Shown one piece after another: positions 48,104-57,874 of a stretch of DNA of 64,000 nt (positions within the stretch are counted from its first letter, which is position 1; each line of letters opens with the position of its first letter). Origin of the DNA: an uncultured virus (IMG/VR IMGVR_UViG_3300010283_000223) (lineage: Duplodnaviria; Heunggongvirae; Uroviricota; Caudoviricetes). The stretch is taken from the IMG/VR virus record IMGVR_UViG_3300010283_000223; one strand, written 5' to 3'. Position numbers and translations under genes: made by a program. The notes beneath the pieces are model-generated. The model did no database searches. It was given only the letters and a program-made list of their open reading frames with translations, and was not told the origin of the DNA.

Positions 48104-50286
48104 CTCCTAGTTTTCTGTTGTTTTTTATCACGATCTATCGTTTCCAGCATTTTCTTCTCAAAAACCTGCACAAAAGCTTTTACTTCCGGTGGCATTCCGC
48201 AATTTTTCATACCTCTGCACTGAATGATTTGGTTGTCTCTCCATTCCATAGTGAAGTAGGATTTCTCTGGATGATCTGCTTTTCTGATGAAGAAAATATT
48301 TGTTTCTCCCCTTGCCACTCTTTCAACATATCCTCCAACGCAATGGTGCAAAGCCTCGCCCTCCTTACGTATTTCATCTCCACTCTGAGGGACCACCAGT
48401 ATCAAACCTTTTCCCTTTATCCGGAAAGCATTTACACCCTCATTTTGGGTAAATATCTTTTCCATTGCCTTTTTGGTCTCAGCCATTTTCTCGGCGGCAA
48501 GTTTCTCTCTGCGTTTCTTTTCAGCTGCAGCTTTTTTATCTTGCAATGCCTTATATTCTTCTGCGGTTCTGTCATGTACCTTTTTGAAATTGTTAGGCAT
48601 ATAAATAAACATGTTGTTAAGGTCATATTTCAGCTCACGGCACCACCCTATATACTCAAGCCAGTCATGTGCCATATTCTGTTTTCTCTCTATTCGCGGA
48701 TCCGTTCTCTCTTTATACCTGTTGTAGGAATAGCCCCACATGCAGGCATTCTTTTCTCCGATCGGGTATCTCTCACTCTCCCTGTCTATGTACCGGCAGA
48801 GCTTATGGAGCGATACCTTTCTGTTCTTCTCCTTCAGAAGATCTGTGTTGCATTCAAAGGTTTCGTAAAATTCCTTTAACTGCTCCGGCTTCATCTGGAT
48901 ATCAAGCTGCTGTGCTACCTGCAACAGGCGGAGTTCGTAATGATTGCCGTCTATTGCCTGTAGTGTCCTCGTATTGACCTTATTCAGCCCTAAGATTTCA
49001 TAGATGGTGTCAGCCTTATAATTGACCTTGCCCGTCATGTTCCCGCTGTAGTTGTAGCCTCTTACTACATCCTTCGTCAGCTGGTTCAAGCCCATTTTGC
49101 AGAACCACTCAAGCTTCGGAAATTTCAGATAAATATCAATGGCATCCTCGTATCTGAAAGCCGTGGTCGGAATGTTCTGCGCCAGAATTTCCAGTGCGGA
49201 ATACTTCATAGGTGTGTGTTCCCATGCCTCTGGAAGATTTCCGGGATATAAGATGCACTCCATGCATGCGATATTTCCCTCGTCTGGAATCCAGCGTGAA
49301 TTCCCCTTCTGGTGGTACACTCCCCATTCATAGCTTTCCTTCATCAGCTTTTCGCCGAAGAATGTGCAAAAACAGCGGCTGTACTCATGCATGGTTTCTT
49401 CAATTCGTTTCTTCCATATGCTGCCTGTTATCATTGCGTCATTCTTTATATGTCTCCATGCTTTGAAGTATCGGAGTAAGAAACCTTCCTCCTGCCGATC
49501 CACATATATGAACCATCTTTCATCTGTTATCTTGCATGGCATTTTTCCTCTTGCCTTATATGTCACTCTGCTTCCGCAGAAAGGACATTCCCCTTTTTCA
49601 TTATTCCGAAGCCTTATCCTGCTCCGGTCAACGATTCCTGTCTTCCGGCAGTGCGTACACTCAAATTCAGCCTTTCCCTTGGATGTCTCTTTGTAAATTC
49701 CATACCGGCTGAAGCTCATGCCCTGCTCCCATACCCAGTCGGTAAACTCCTGCGAAGGCTCTCCTATCGGCTCCATCCGTAAATCAATCGGATCAAGGAC
49801 TTTCCTGTGCTTCTCTGCCAGTCGTTCCGCCTTGACCTTGTCCTGGAATCTGTCAATAGCATCCCATACGTTCTCGTCAGTGTCTTTGCGGTAAGCCTTG
49901 AAAAAGCTCTCCATGACGCCCTTGTCCTCTGCTGTCCAAATAAACACCTTGGGAATGTGTTCGCTTTTCCATGTTTTTTGATCCCATTTGTACTCCCATA
50001 ATCGGAAACCCTGCATATTATCAAATGCAGCTGTGAGCCATTTAACCTTTGACTGTGACAGGTCCTGCGTGATATAATCATCACTCGACAGGAATGTCCT
50101 AAATGCTGCTTCCGTTTTTCCTTTTTTGAGCTTCGACACCTCATAGAAATTCAGAAGCAGTATTTTGTTATCATCAACCAGCTCCGCAGTCACAATGTTC
50201 TCCATTCCGTCCAGTCTATCTGCCATTTCAACCATTTCTGCTGTTGCCTCTGGTCTAGGCAATGCAGACAGCTTTCTTTTTTCCAT
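48094..50286 (-). CDS. PcfJ domain protein
   Basis: EG..LHHCVGGY, IFFIRK..P.KSYFT.E, Q.RG..N. Confidence 0.88.
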   Translation of the reverse strand: MEKRKLSALPRPEATAEMVEMADRLDGMENIVTAELVDDNKILLLNFYEVSKLKKGKTEAAFRTFLSSDDYITQDLSQSKVKWLTAAFDNMQGFRLWEYKWDQKTWKSEHIPKVFIWTAEDKGVMESFFKAYRKDTDENVWDAIDRFQDKVKAERLAEKHRKVLDPIDLRMEPIGEPSQEFTDWVWEQGMSFSRYGIYKETSKGKAEFECTHCRKTGIVDRSRIRLRNNEKGECPFCGSRVTYKARGKMPCKITDERWFIYVDRQEEGFLLRYFKAWRHIKNDAMITGSIWKKRIEETMHEYSRCFCTFFGEKLMKESYEWGVYHQKGNSRWIPDEGNIACMECILYPGNLPEAWEHTPMKYSALEILAQNIPTTAFRYEDAIDIYLKFPKLEWFCKMGLNQLTKDVVRGYNYSGNMTGKVNYKADTIYEILGLNKVNTRTLQAIDGNHYELRLLQVAQQLDIQMKPEQLKEFYETFECNTDLLKEKNRKVSLHKLCRYIDRESERYPIGEKNACMWGYSYNRYKERTDPRIERKQNMAHDWLEYIGWCRELKYDLNNMFIYMPNNFKKVHDRTAEEYKALQDKKAAAEKKRREKLAAEKMAETKKAMEKIFTQNEGVNAFRIKGKGLILVVPQSGDEIRKEGEALHHCVGGYVERVARGETNIFFIRKADHPEKSYFTMEWRDNQIIQCRGMKNCGMPPEVKAFVQVFEKKMLETIDRDKKQQKTRRCG

Positions 50287-50299
50287 CGTACATCCCTCC

Positions 50300-51247
50300 T
50301 TACAGCCCCATCATTGAGAACAGATCCATCTGCCCTTCAAGTTCATTCGACCTCTTCTTAGGAGCTTCTTTCTTCTCCGGCTCTTTCTTTGGTTTGTCCA
50401 CCTTTGCTTCCAGCTTCGTCTCTGGCTTTGGAGCTTCTTTGGCAACCTTATCTTTTTCAACCGCCTTTGCCTTTTTCTCAGCACGTTTCTTCATGCCGTC
50501 CAGACGCTTCTGCTGATCAGCTTTCTGCTTCTTTTCTCTCTCCTTGGCTTCTTTTGTTTTTTTCTCTTCAAGAGCTTTATCATCCAGTCTGTAATAGTCT
50601 TCAGCCCATTCATAGACTACGGAATCCTTTACCATGGCACAATTGCCACTCTTGAGCTTTCGCGCCTGATCCATGATGTACTTGAAACACTTCTCCCAGG
50701 TCTTATGCGTCTGGCATACCGCATCAGCCAATGTCTCCGATTCTTTGCACCGGTCAATCATGTGTGACAGGATAGGCTCGGCATAGCCTTCCTTTGCACT
50801 TTTCAGTTCGCCCTGCAGCTTTTTGACAGCTTCATCAATGCCTTTTTCTGTTGATTCATTATCTTTCTTTTCTTCCCAGCTACTGTTTTCAGAAACCTTC
50901 TGTGCTTCATTGTTAATTGCTTCCGTATAAGCCTGTTTTTCAATTCCTGCAATAGCTTTACCAATCTCTGATTGTGGTTCAGTCTCTGAAAAATCAATAG
51001 CCTCATATTCTTCTTTTAATCGGTCATTCTCTATATCAAACAATGTGTTACCGTCAGCATCATAGAATGCGGTTACTTTTTCTCTCTTTAGTATCTTGTA
51101 GGTAGTATCCCCTACCTCAACTTCGCTTTTGCTATCCTCCGAGGAATATCCGTTTTCCAGATACTCAAGAACAGCTTTGCTCCACTCGCATTCGTAATCT
51201 TGATTATCTCCTAATGCGTAGTGTATTGCTTTTCTACCTGTTTCCAT
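50300..51247 (-). CDS. PcfK/AcrIIA9-like domain protein
   Basis: KTWEKCFKYI...A.K, D.VVYEWAEDYY; upstream of pcfJ; C-terminal QMDLF. Confidence 0.7.
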   Translation of the reverse strand: METGRKAIHYALGDNQDYECEWSKAVLEYLENGYSSEDSKSEVEVGDTTYKILKREKVTAFYDADGNTLFDIENDRLKEEYEAIDFSETEPQSEIGKAIAGIEKQAYTEAINNEAQKVSENSSWEEKKDNESTEKGIDEAVKKLQGELKSAKEGYAEPILSHMIDRCKESETLADAVCQTHKTWEKCFKYIMDQARKLKSGNCAMVKDSVVYEWAEDYYRLDDKALEEKKTKEAKEREKKQKADQQKRLDGMKKRAEKKAKAVEKDKVAKEAPKPETKLEAKVDKPKKEPEKKEAPKKRSNELEGQMDLFSMMGL

Positions 51248-52070
51248 AGGCTTCCTCCTTTTTATCGAAATCGAAAAACATATAAAAGTGCTCTTTTCCC
51301 ACTGCCTTTTCGGTGGTTGCGGTTCCACAAAGACCGCTCATTGACTGAAACAATCTTCTCCAGGTCCATATTTGATTTTGAAACATTGGCATATACCAAA
51401 GTTCCTGTCCCTCTTTTTCATTTGGGAACAATACATGACCCGTTAGAGGATTAGTAATTGTATTTGCTATGCACACATATCCTGCACATCCCAAAAGGGA
51501 AAGCTGTATATAACACATCATTCCTGTTATTCGGTCTACATCCTGCCCTACAAAAACCACATGATTTTGAAAATTATGCTTACATTTTTTCATAGTATTT
51601 GCAGCAGCTATCAATGTCGCTCCTGCTCCGCAAGCCGGATCACATATAGATAAGTACCCTTGTTTCTCAATATGACTGTCAATGTCCTTGCAGGTTATTT
51701 CAGACATCATCTTGCATACACAGTAGGGTGTAAAAAACTGCCCTTTCCAGTGATTTCCAAGATTTAACTGCATATACATATCTCCAAGAAAATCCTGTTC
51801 CGGCTTTCTTTCAAACGCTTCAACAATGATTGCAAGCATTTTCGCAGGAACTTCCACAGAGCCAAGTCTCTCTATGCATTGTGCGTATTCTTTTTCTCTG
51901 CTCTCATAATGCTCTGGACTTCTGTCAGCCACATTACTTATTGAGCACGCTATGACCGCCATTAAATCTGCCCAAACCTGCCAAGCACTCCGTGAATAAC
52001 AAAGGCTATGAAAAATATCCAAAAACTCTTTTTCTGTTCCATGGATTATGTCACTTTGTTTCACCGCCAT
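51234..52070 (-). CDS. Short N6-DNA-methyltransferase-like protein
   Basis: DFLG..Y, GQFFTP, DPACGAG. Confidence 0.8.
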   Translation of the reverse strand: MAVKQSDIIHGTEKEFLDIFHSLCYSRSAWQVWADLMAVIACSISNVADRSPEHYESREKEYAQCIERLGSVEVPAKMLAIIVEAFERKPEQDFLGDMYMQLNLGNHWKGQFFTPYCVCKMMSEITCKDIDSHIEKQGYLSICDPACGAGATLIAAANTMKKCKHNFQNHVVFVGQDVDRITGMMCYIQLSLLGCAGYVCIANTITNPLTGHVLFPNEKEGQELWYMPMFQNQIWTWRRLFQSMSGLCGTATTEKAVGKEHFYMFFDFDKKEEAYGNR

Positions 52071-52680
52071 TTAATTTCCTCCTTAGTTCTTCCATCAGAT
52101 CAGCCGGTGCCTCGACTCCCTCATTTACCGGTTTTGCATTTTCGATAAGCCCTGTTTCCTTAGCTTCTAAGGCAGGTTTCGTATTCTGCTCAATTTGCAT
52201 CTGTTTTGTCTTTTGCACAATCTCAGGTAACTGCCGTTTTTTTATGCATTCATTAATTTGGTCTTCATAGGCAATTCTGAAATTTGCTCTGGATGACGAT
52301 ACATTCACGTCCGCGCATATATTTATCCATCCCAGGTTTTTAACGATAGAAACCGTCACATCATCCATTGCTCCATATGCCTGTTCCGGATTATTCTGCC
52401 CGTACATGCCTATTGCTTTTTGAACGCTGCCCCAAGCCTCATCAAACGATGGAAGGGGACCTTTTGTTCTTTCCATGCATAATCTTCTGATATCAGCTAT
52501 TGTCGGCGGGAATGTACTTGTAGCTGCGAATTCCATAATGGCATTTTCAGCAATAGAATAATCCACATCTTTAAGCATTGCGTACCAAAATCGCATTGCG
52601 GTAGCATCAATAAGTATTTTTGATGCCGGATAAGATGCCTTGATAGCTCCTGCTATGAGGTTAAATTCATCAGTTGTCAT
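52051..52680 (-). CDS. Replicative helicase loader/inhibitor (G39P-like)
   Basis: WY.ML.D.DY, FPPTIADIR, EAW. Confidence 0.75.
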   Translation of the reverse strand: MTTDEFNLIAGAIKASYPASKILIDATAMRFWYAMLKDVDYSIAENAIMEFAATSTFPPTIADIRRLCMERTKGPLPSFDEAWGSVQKAIGMYGQNNPEQAYGAMDDVTVSIVKNLGWINICADVNVSSSRANFRIAYEDQINECIKKRQLPEIVQKTKQMQIEQNTKPALEAKETGLIENAKPVNEGVEAPADLMEELRRKLNGGETK

Positions 52681-53527
52681 TTGACGCCCACCCCCTTACA
52701 TTGTTAGCCCACTGTTCCATAGGGGACTGGCTTTGCCCGCCATACCGACGATTGCCTTTATCCTGCTCTCTTGATAACCAAGAGTTTACAAACTTGGTAA
52801 TGCCTCTTCTGGTCTTACGTTTTGTCTGGTTCGATATGCACCATGCCCGCATCTCGTTGAACTGTTGCTTTACATCCACGCTTGGGTAAAGTCTTACGTA
52901 TTCTGCGAATAATGCTTCCGTTGGTCTCCATTCAGAACCGTCATTCAGTATCAAGGCTTCAACATCTGCTTCTGGTTCGGAGGGGTGTTTGTCAGAACTC
53001 CGAACAGGAATATTTATATCTCTATCTCTTTTCTCTATCTCTTTCTCTATCTCTTTCTCTGTGTTACAGTTTGTTACTTCTGCGTTACCTTCTGTTACAC
53101 CAGTGTTACATTGTAACGCTTTCGTTTCGCTCATTTGTTCGATCAATTCCTTTTGAGCCCTGTGTTTTCGCACTCTTTCAGCTGATGCACTTTCGCTTCC
53201 TGTAACAGCAGGAACTTCCGTCAAAAGGTATTGATCCTTACTTATCACTTCGAGCAATCCACATTTCTGCAAATATGACACAGTGACCGTAACATTATCG
53301 ATATCCTCATCAAGGTCAAGAGCCAGTTCCTCTTCAAAACTATCTTCAACTCCCTCGTAGTAAAGCTTTCCTTCATTTTTAAGAGATAGAAGTTGCATCT
53401 TTAGGTAAATAATAGTGTATGTATCTCCACCAGCTATCTTTCGAAGTTTCTTGATGACCTTTGAATTGAACCAATCATCTTTCAGCCTGAGCCAATAGTA
53501 TTTCTTAGCCATCCCTGGTACCTCCAA
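52670..53527 (-). CDS. Phage replisome organizer / replication initiator
   Basis: KKYYWLRLK.D.F, GD....IYLK..LLS; internal iteron-like repeats. Confidence 0.85.
   Translation of the reverse strand: MEVPGMAKKYYWLRLKDDWFNSKVIKKLRKIAGGDTYTIIYLKMQLLSLKNEGKLYYEGVEDSFEEELALDLDEDIDNVTVTVSYLQKCGLLEVISKDQYLLTEVPAVTGSESASAERVRKHRAQKELIEQMSETKALQCNTGVTEGNAEVTNCNTEKEIEKEIEKRDRDINIPVRSSDKHPSEPEADVEALILNDGSEWRPTEALFAEYVRLYPSVDVKQQFNEMRAWCISNQTKRKTRRGITKFVNSWLSREQDKGNRRYGGQSQSPMEQWANNVRGWASNDN
53020..53117. repeat. Putative phage origin: helically phased GTTAC repeats plus CT-rich repeats
   Basis: GTTAC at 53063, 53073, 53084, 53094, 53105; inverted GTAAC at 53113; TCTCTATCTCTT repeats alongside. Confidence 0.55.
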
Positions 53528-53582
53528 TTTTCATGACTGTAAGCTTCTCCTTTCTGGGGCTGCCCGAAGGCAGCCTCGTATT

Positions 53583-56500
53583 TTATTCATAGATAACCTT
53601 GGATCCATCCTCCGTCTTTATGACGTCCAGACTTTGAGGGAAACGTGCTTTCATGGTAGGATCATGTGTAATTGCCATGATCTTCAAATTCGGATACCGG
53701 TGCTGGATAGTCTCAAGGGCATCACAGTAGGCCTGTATTCCATCCGCATCAAGGAACGGCGGTTCATCAATAAAGAGCATTCCCATTTGTATTCCGGCTG
53801 AGGATGCCTTGATTTCAGCCAGCGCAAGAATGACCGACAGTGATGCTTTTACCTTTTCTCCTCCAGATTTTGACAGATAAGGAAGTGTTGATTTTCCATA
53901 CTCTTCAATCAGAATATCCAAGGTGACAACTTCCTTATTGGTATTGGACTTAATTGTTTTCTCGGTCTGGAATTCAATACCCATTTTCCCACCTGTCATT
54001 TGACCTAAAATACTGCTCGATACCTCTGTAAGCTTCGGCACCAATGACCGAATGATCTGGTGTGGGATTCCATCTTGAGAGAATGCTGATTTTAGCAAAT
54101 CATACTTGGCAATCTCTGCTGATACTCCGGATATGCTGGTCTGCAGTTCTGATACAGCCAGTTTTAATCTTTTGATTTCTTCAATCTTCTGATTCAGGCC
54201 GCCAAGCTCCTGCTGATGCGAATTCATGATGTCAGTGTGCTGTTTTATCTGAGAATTCATAGAATCTATCTGCATCTGCAGGGAGGTAATATCTAGTGTT
54301 GCTCCACCTGTCTTTTCGAGTTCTGCTTTTGCATCTTCCAGCTCTCTCAGGAGTTCTGTAAGTCGAATGGAGTAATCGGCTTTCTGCTGTTCTGCATTTG
54401 CCTTTCTTTCCCTCACAACCGGGTAAGTTCCGGCTAGGTCCACATATGCTTTAAGTCTGTTTATTTCTGCCAAAGTTTCTCTATGAGCAGTTACTGCATC
54501 CGTATACTCCGGAAGGATTTCTTCTATCTCCTGTGCCTTTATTTTGACCGTAGAAAGCCTTTTTTGCGCTTCAGCTATATTTGACTGTATATGCTCGATT
54601 GAAGCTTTTACGAGTTCAATCCTGCTTTCACGCTGGTTAAGCTCCTCAAGTTGATCAACATACGGACGGAGTTCTGCGATTCTAGCCTTAATCTTCACTA
54701 TATTTTCCGGTTCAAATCCAATGCCAAGCAGATCGGAGTCTAGTTTTTTCAAGTGGTCTTCAAGTGGTTTTACTTTTGCCTGATGGTCCTCTTCCAACTT
54801 TTTCAATATATCCGGATATTCATCTAATTTTTTCTTTGAGGTCAGAGCATCCGCAAGGAACCCACAATTTGCTTTCTCGATATCCACACATTGTACCGAA
54901 TCAAGAAGGTGTGCTTTTCTTCTATGATTCTCTTCATCCCTCTCAAGCCCTTTCTTAGTTGTCAAAAACAAATGCTGGAGTTCTGCTATTGAATTGCTAA
55001 CCTTCTGCTTTTCCAGTTCCTTTGCCCGGTAATCACGCTCTTTTTCATACTCAACGTTTAAGAGTTTATCCTGGCTCATATACTCTGCCGCATTTGTCCG
55101 GATCACATAGTCATTGGCATTGTCCTGCAAATCACTAAGTTCTCTGTTCTTTTGGTCAAGTTCTGCCTCATGCTTTGATATTGAGGCTGTTTCATCCGCA
55201 ATCTGCACTCTAAGTCGATTTAATTCATCTACCTTGCTCGCATGGACAGCGGCTTTCTCAGAAAGCTCTTTGTCCTTTTCTACAAGGGCATTGTATTTTT
55301 CCACTTTCTGTAATGTGTCCGGCTCGCTCTGCAGCGTAGTATCACAGGTCGTAATGGTGGACGAAAGAGCTGCTATGTTCGTCTGGCATTCACCGACCTT
55401 TGATTCCAGTGAGACTATGGAAGCCTGTACTTTCTTGCGGCGTTCCTCTGCTTCATTCTGCATGTTTAAAATGACCGATTTTTCATCACGCTCTTTCGTG
55501 AGTTCATTAACCCTGTCCTGATGAACCGATATGCTGCTTTCCACAATTGCCTTTTCAGCAAAAGGATCTCCGTAGCCATTTATTGTCTGTTCATGTATAT
55601 TGACCGTATTTTTTTTAGCTGCAATGTCTCTTCTAAGAATCGCAAGGTTATCCTTGACTAAATCTTCCATAACGCTATATATGCCAAGTCCGAGAAGATT
55701 TGAGAGGACTCCAACACGTTCCTCCTTGCCAGCTTCCAAAAATAATCCGTACTGGTCCTGCATAATCAGTACGCATGCCTTGAATGTGAGACTGTCCATT
55801 CCAAGAACTTTTTCAATCTCATTTTGCGTATCCTTATATTTTTCTTTTGAACGGTCTTCCCATTCTCCACTAATAAGCTGCGATAAATTAAGCGTTCCTT
55901 TTCCGGATTTTGCTCTTGTGCGCACTACACGGAATGTATTTTCTCCAAGTGAAAATGTAAAACTGATAGAACCAGATCTTGCCTTTTCATCACTTCGAAT
56001 CCATCCTGTGAGATCTCCTTCTCTTGGTTCTTCAAACAGACAGTCCATAATAGCATCCATGAACAGGCTGCTCTTTCCCGCTCCATTCTGTCCATTAATA
56101 GTGCAGAAGCGAATATCATCAAACGAAAAACTCTGCTCTACATAATTTCTGTAATTTTTTACAGAGATTTCCTTTGGGATAAATGTTCCGGTAAACTCCG
56201 ATACAGACTCATTTGCCCTCGCTTTTTCAATGATCGGGCGTGCAGCCTCCAGTATCTGTGTGATTTCCTCTGGCATTTTTCCTTTTTCCTGTAGATACTG
56301 GATAAGATTTGTTTCCGGATCATCAAATTTTGAAAGTTCCGTTCGGTTTACATCCTCTATGGAATCCAATTTTATGTCTGCTTTCCAAAAAGCTCCTGCA
56401 TCATACAGAGCCTTTTCAATCTGTGCGGTATTTATTGCTTTTTTCTGTTCTGCTGTGCAGCTGTAGATAATTCTGACAATCTTATCAGCAACGCCTTTCT

Positions 56501-57434
56501 GTGCGAAATAGATAGGTAATGATTCCGGATTATTGATTGCCTGTTCCACATCGTTCTTATCCCAATTTATTGTTAAAAATTCTCTATAAGGTGTTTTATG
56601 GAATTCTGAATCCGTAAATACCAAGCCTGTTTTTCCAAATGCGCCCTCTTCAAAGTGATGAATCCAGAATCCTCTCTCCTGTCCCTCATCATTAAAGTTG
56701 ATAGCATTCACAGCGCCGCTGTAGCATACATTATCAAGGCCATTTATAAACTGTGGTCTATGTATGTGGCCGAGAGCAACCAGATCATAATTAGCGGCTA
56801 TCAGCATTTCCTGCGTAATCACCGGTTCAACCTGTGAAAGAAACTGTACCTGTCCTGATTCCGTATTTGCCCCAGGCACTGTGTAGTGTGACATTAGAAT
56901 TGTCAATTTGCCGGGTTCGCAAAGCGATTTCATTCCAACCACAATATTTCCAAGTTCATCACTGAACACCATGTTTTCTTCATCCTTGGACAAACCGGGA
57001 AACTTTGCTCTGAATTTGCCTTTATCAAATCCAGGTACCACTACGATATCAGCGTATGTTGTGTTTATTATCTGCGGATCCGTTACAATATAAACATTAT
57101 TAACCAATTCAAAATGTGCCCTTAACTCATCAAAGGCATCTTCTGAGTCATGATTTGGTGTACCTCGCATAACAACGATTTTCCCGCAAGTCTTTGACAA
57201 TCTAAGTATGATATCTCTTGCCTGCAGTACCTCTTTGTGGCTCCTGCTCTGCCAAATCTCGGCCTGATGGAATATGTCTCCGGATACAAGGATGAGGTCT
57301 GGAAGTTCATTCTCTGCAACTCTTACCACTTCCTCAAGGCATTTCAGTGTATCCATGGATCTAAGGTTTACCCCGTCCTGTTCCGGTCCCTTAAAGGAAC
57401 CGATATGCCAATCTGCTGTATGTAATATTTTCAT
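53583..57434 (-). CDS. SbcD(Mre11)-SbcC(Rad50) fusion nuclease-ATPase
   Basis: ADWH, GD, NHD, GHIH phosphoesterase motifs; GQNGAGKS, Q-loop, coiled coil, KSGGE, LFIDE, ITHD. Confidence 0.9.
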   Translation of the reverse strand: MKILHTADWHIGSFKGPEQDGVNLRSMDTLKCLEEVVRVAENELPDLILVSGDIFHQAEIWQSRSHKEVLQARDIILRLSKTCGKIVVMRGTPNHDSEDAFDELRAHFELVNNVYIVTDPQIINTTYADIVVVPGFDKGKFRAKFPGLSKDEENMVFSDELGNIVVGMKSLCEPGKLTILMSHYTVPGANTESGQVQFLSQVEPVITQEMLIAANYDLVALGHIHRPQFINGLDNVCYSGAVNAINFNDEGQERGFWIHHFEEGAFGKTGLVFTDSEFHKTPYREFLTINWDKNDVEQAINNPESLPIYFAQKGVADKIVRIIYSCTAEQKKAINTAQIEKALYDAGAFWKADIKLDSIEDVNRTELSKFDDPETNLIQYLQEKGKMPEEITQILEAARPIIEKARANESVSEFTGTFIPKEISVKNYRNYVEQSFSFDDIRFCTINGQNGAGKSSLFMDAIMDCLFEEPREGDLTGWIRSDEKARSGSISFTFSLGENTFRVVRTRAKSGKGTLNLSQLISGEWEDRSKEKYKDTQNEIEKVLGMDSLTFKACVLIMQDQYGLFLEAGKEERVGVLSNLLGLGIYSVMEDLVKDNLAILRRDIAAKKNTVNIHEQTINGYGDPFAEKAIVESSISVHQDRVNELTKERDEKSVILNMQNEAEERRKKVQASIVSLESKVGECQTNIAALSSTITTCDTTLQSEPDTLQKVEKYNALVEKDKELSEKAAVHASKVDELNRLRVQIADETASISKHEAELDQKNRELSDLQDNANDYVIRTNAAEYMSQDKLLNVEYEKERDYRAKELEKQKVSNSIAELQHLFLTTKKGLERDEENHRRKAHLLDSVQCVDIEKANCGFLADALTSKKKLDEYPDILKKLEEDHQAKVKPLEDHLKKLDSDLLGIGFEPENIVKIKARIAELRPYVDQLEELNQRESRIELVKASIEHIQSNIAEAQKRLSTVKIKAQEIEEILPEYTDAVTAHRETLAEINRLKAYVDLAGTYPVVRERKANAEQQKADYSIRLTELLRELEDAKAELEKTGGATLDITSLQMQIDSMNSQIKQHTDIMNSHQQELGGLNQKIEEIKRLKLAVSELQTSISGVSAEIAKYDLLKSAFSQDGIPHQIIRSLVPKLTEVSSSILGQMTGGKMGIEFQTEKTIKSNTNKEVVTLDILIEEYGKSTLPYLSKSGGEKVKASLSVILALAEIKASSAGIQMGMLFIDEPPFLDADGIQAYCDALETIQHRYPNLKIMAITHDPTMKARFPQSLDVIKTEDGSKVIYE

Positions 57435-57874
57435 AATTTCAATGCCTCCTTTGTAGCTTTCATCGCATAAATCATATTGTTTAACTCAAGTTCCAGTAAT
57501 TTGAATGTTTTCTCTTCTATTCCGCAGAAATCAATTCCATCACCGGTCCATTCCTCTCCAACAAAAAGGATATTTCCCATAATTGGCTCTCCATGCTCAT
57601 CTGTTTTGTAAAGATAACTTCCGATTAAATTTGGTACGTTTCTTTTCAGTCTGCCCTCTTCATCAATCAGCATGCTCACGCACTGTCCCGGTATTTTGTT
57701 AGGGCGATTTTTCATTTTTAAATCCGTATAAAGTCTTTCCGGCATCACATGCTCATAAATATCGCATCTATTACCAATGAGTTCTTTTAACACCCTATTC
57801 TGCTCGCAATGGTCTCCATCCGGAAAATCATGTACTGAAAGTTCCATATCTGTAGATATTTTGATAAATTTCAT
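57431..57874 (-). CDS. DUF3846-like hypothetical protein
   Basis: IDEEGRLK...N, PI.GNI. Confidence 0.7.
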   Translation of the reverse strand: MKFIKISTDMELSVHDFPDGDHCEQNRVLKELIGNRCDIYEHVMPERLYTDLKMKNRPNKIPGQCVSMLIDEEGRLKRNVPNLIGSYLYKTDEHGEPIMGNILFVGEEWTGDGIDFCGIEEKTFKLLELELNNMIYAMKATKEALKL

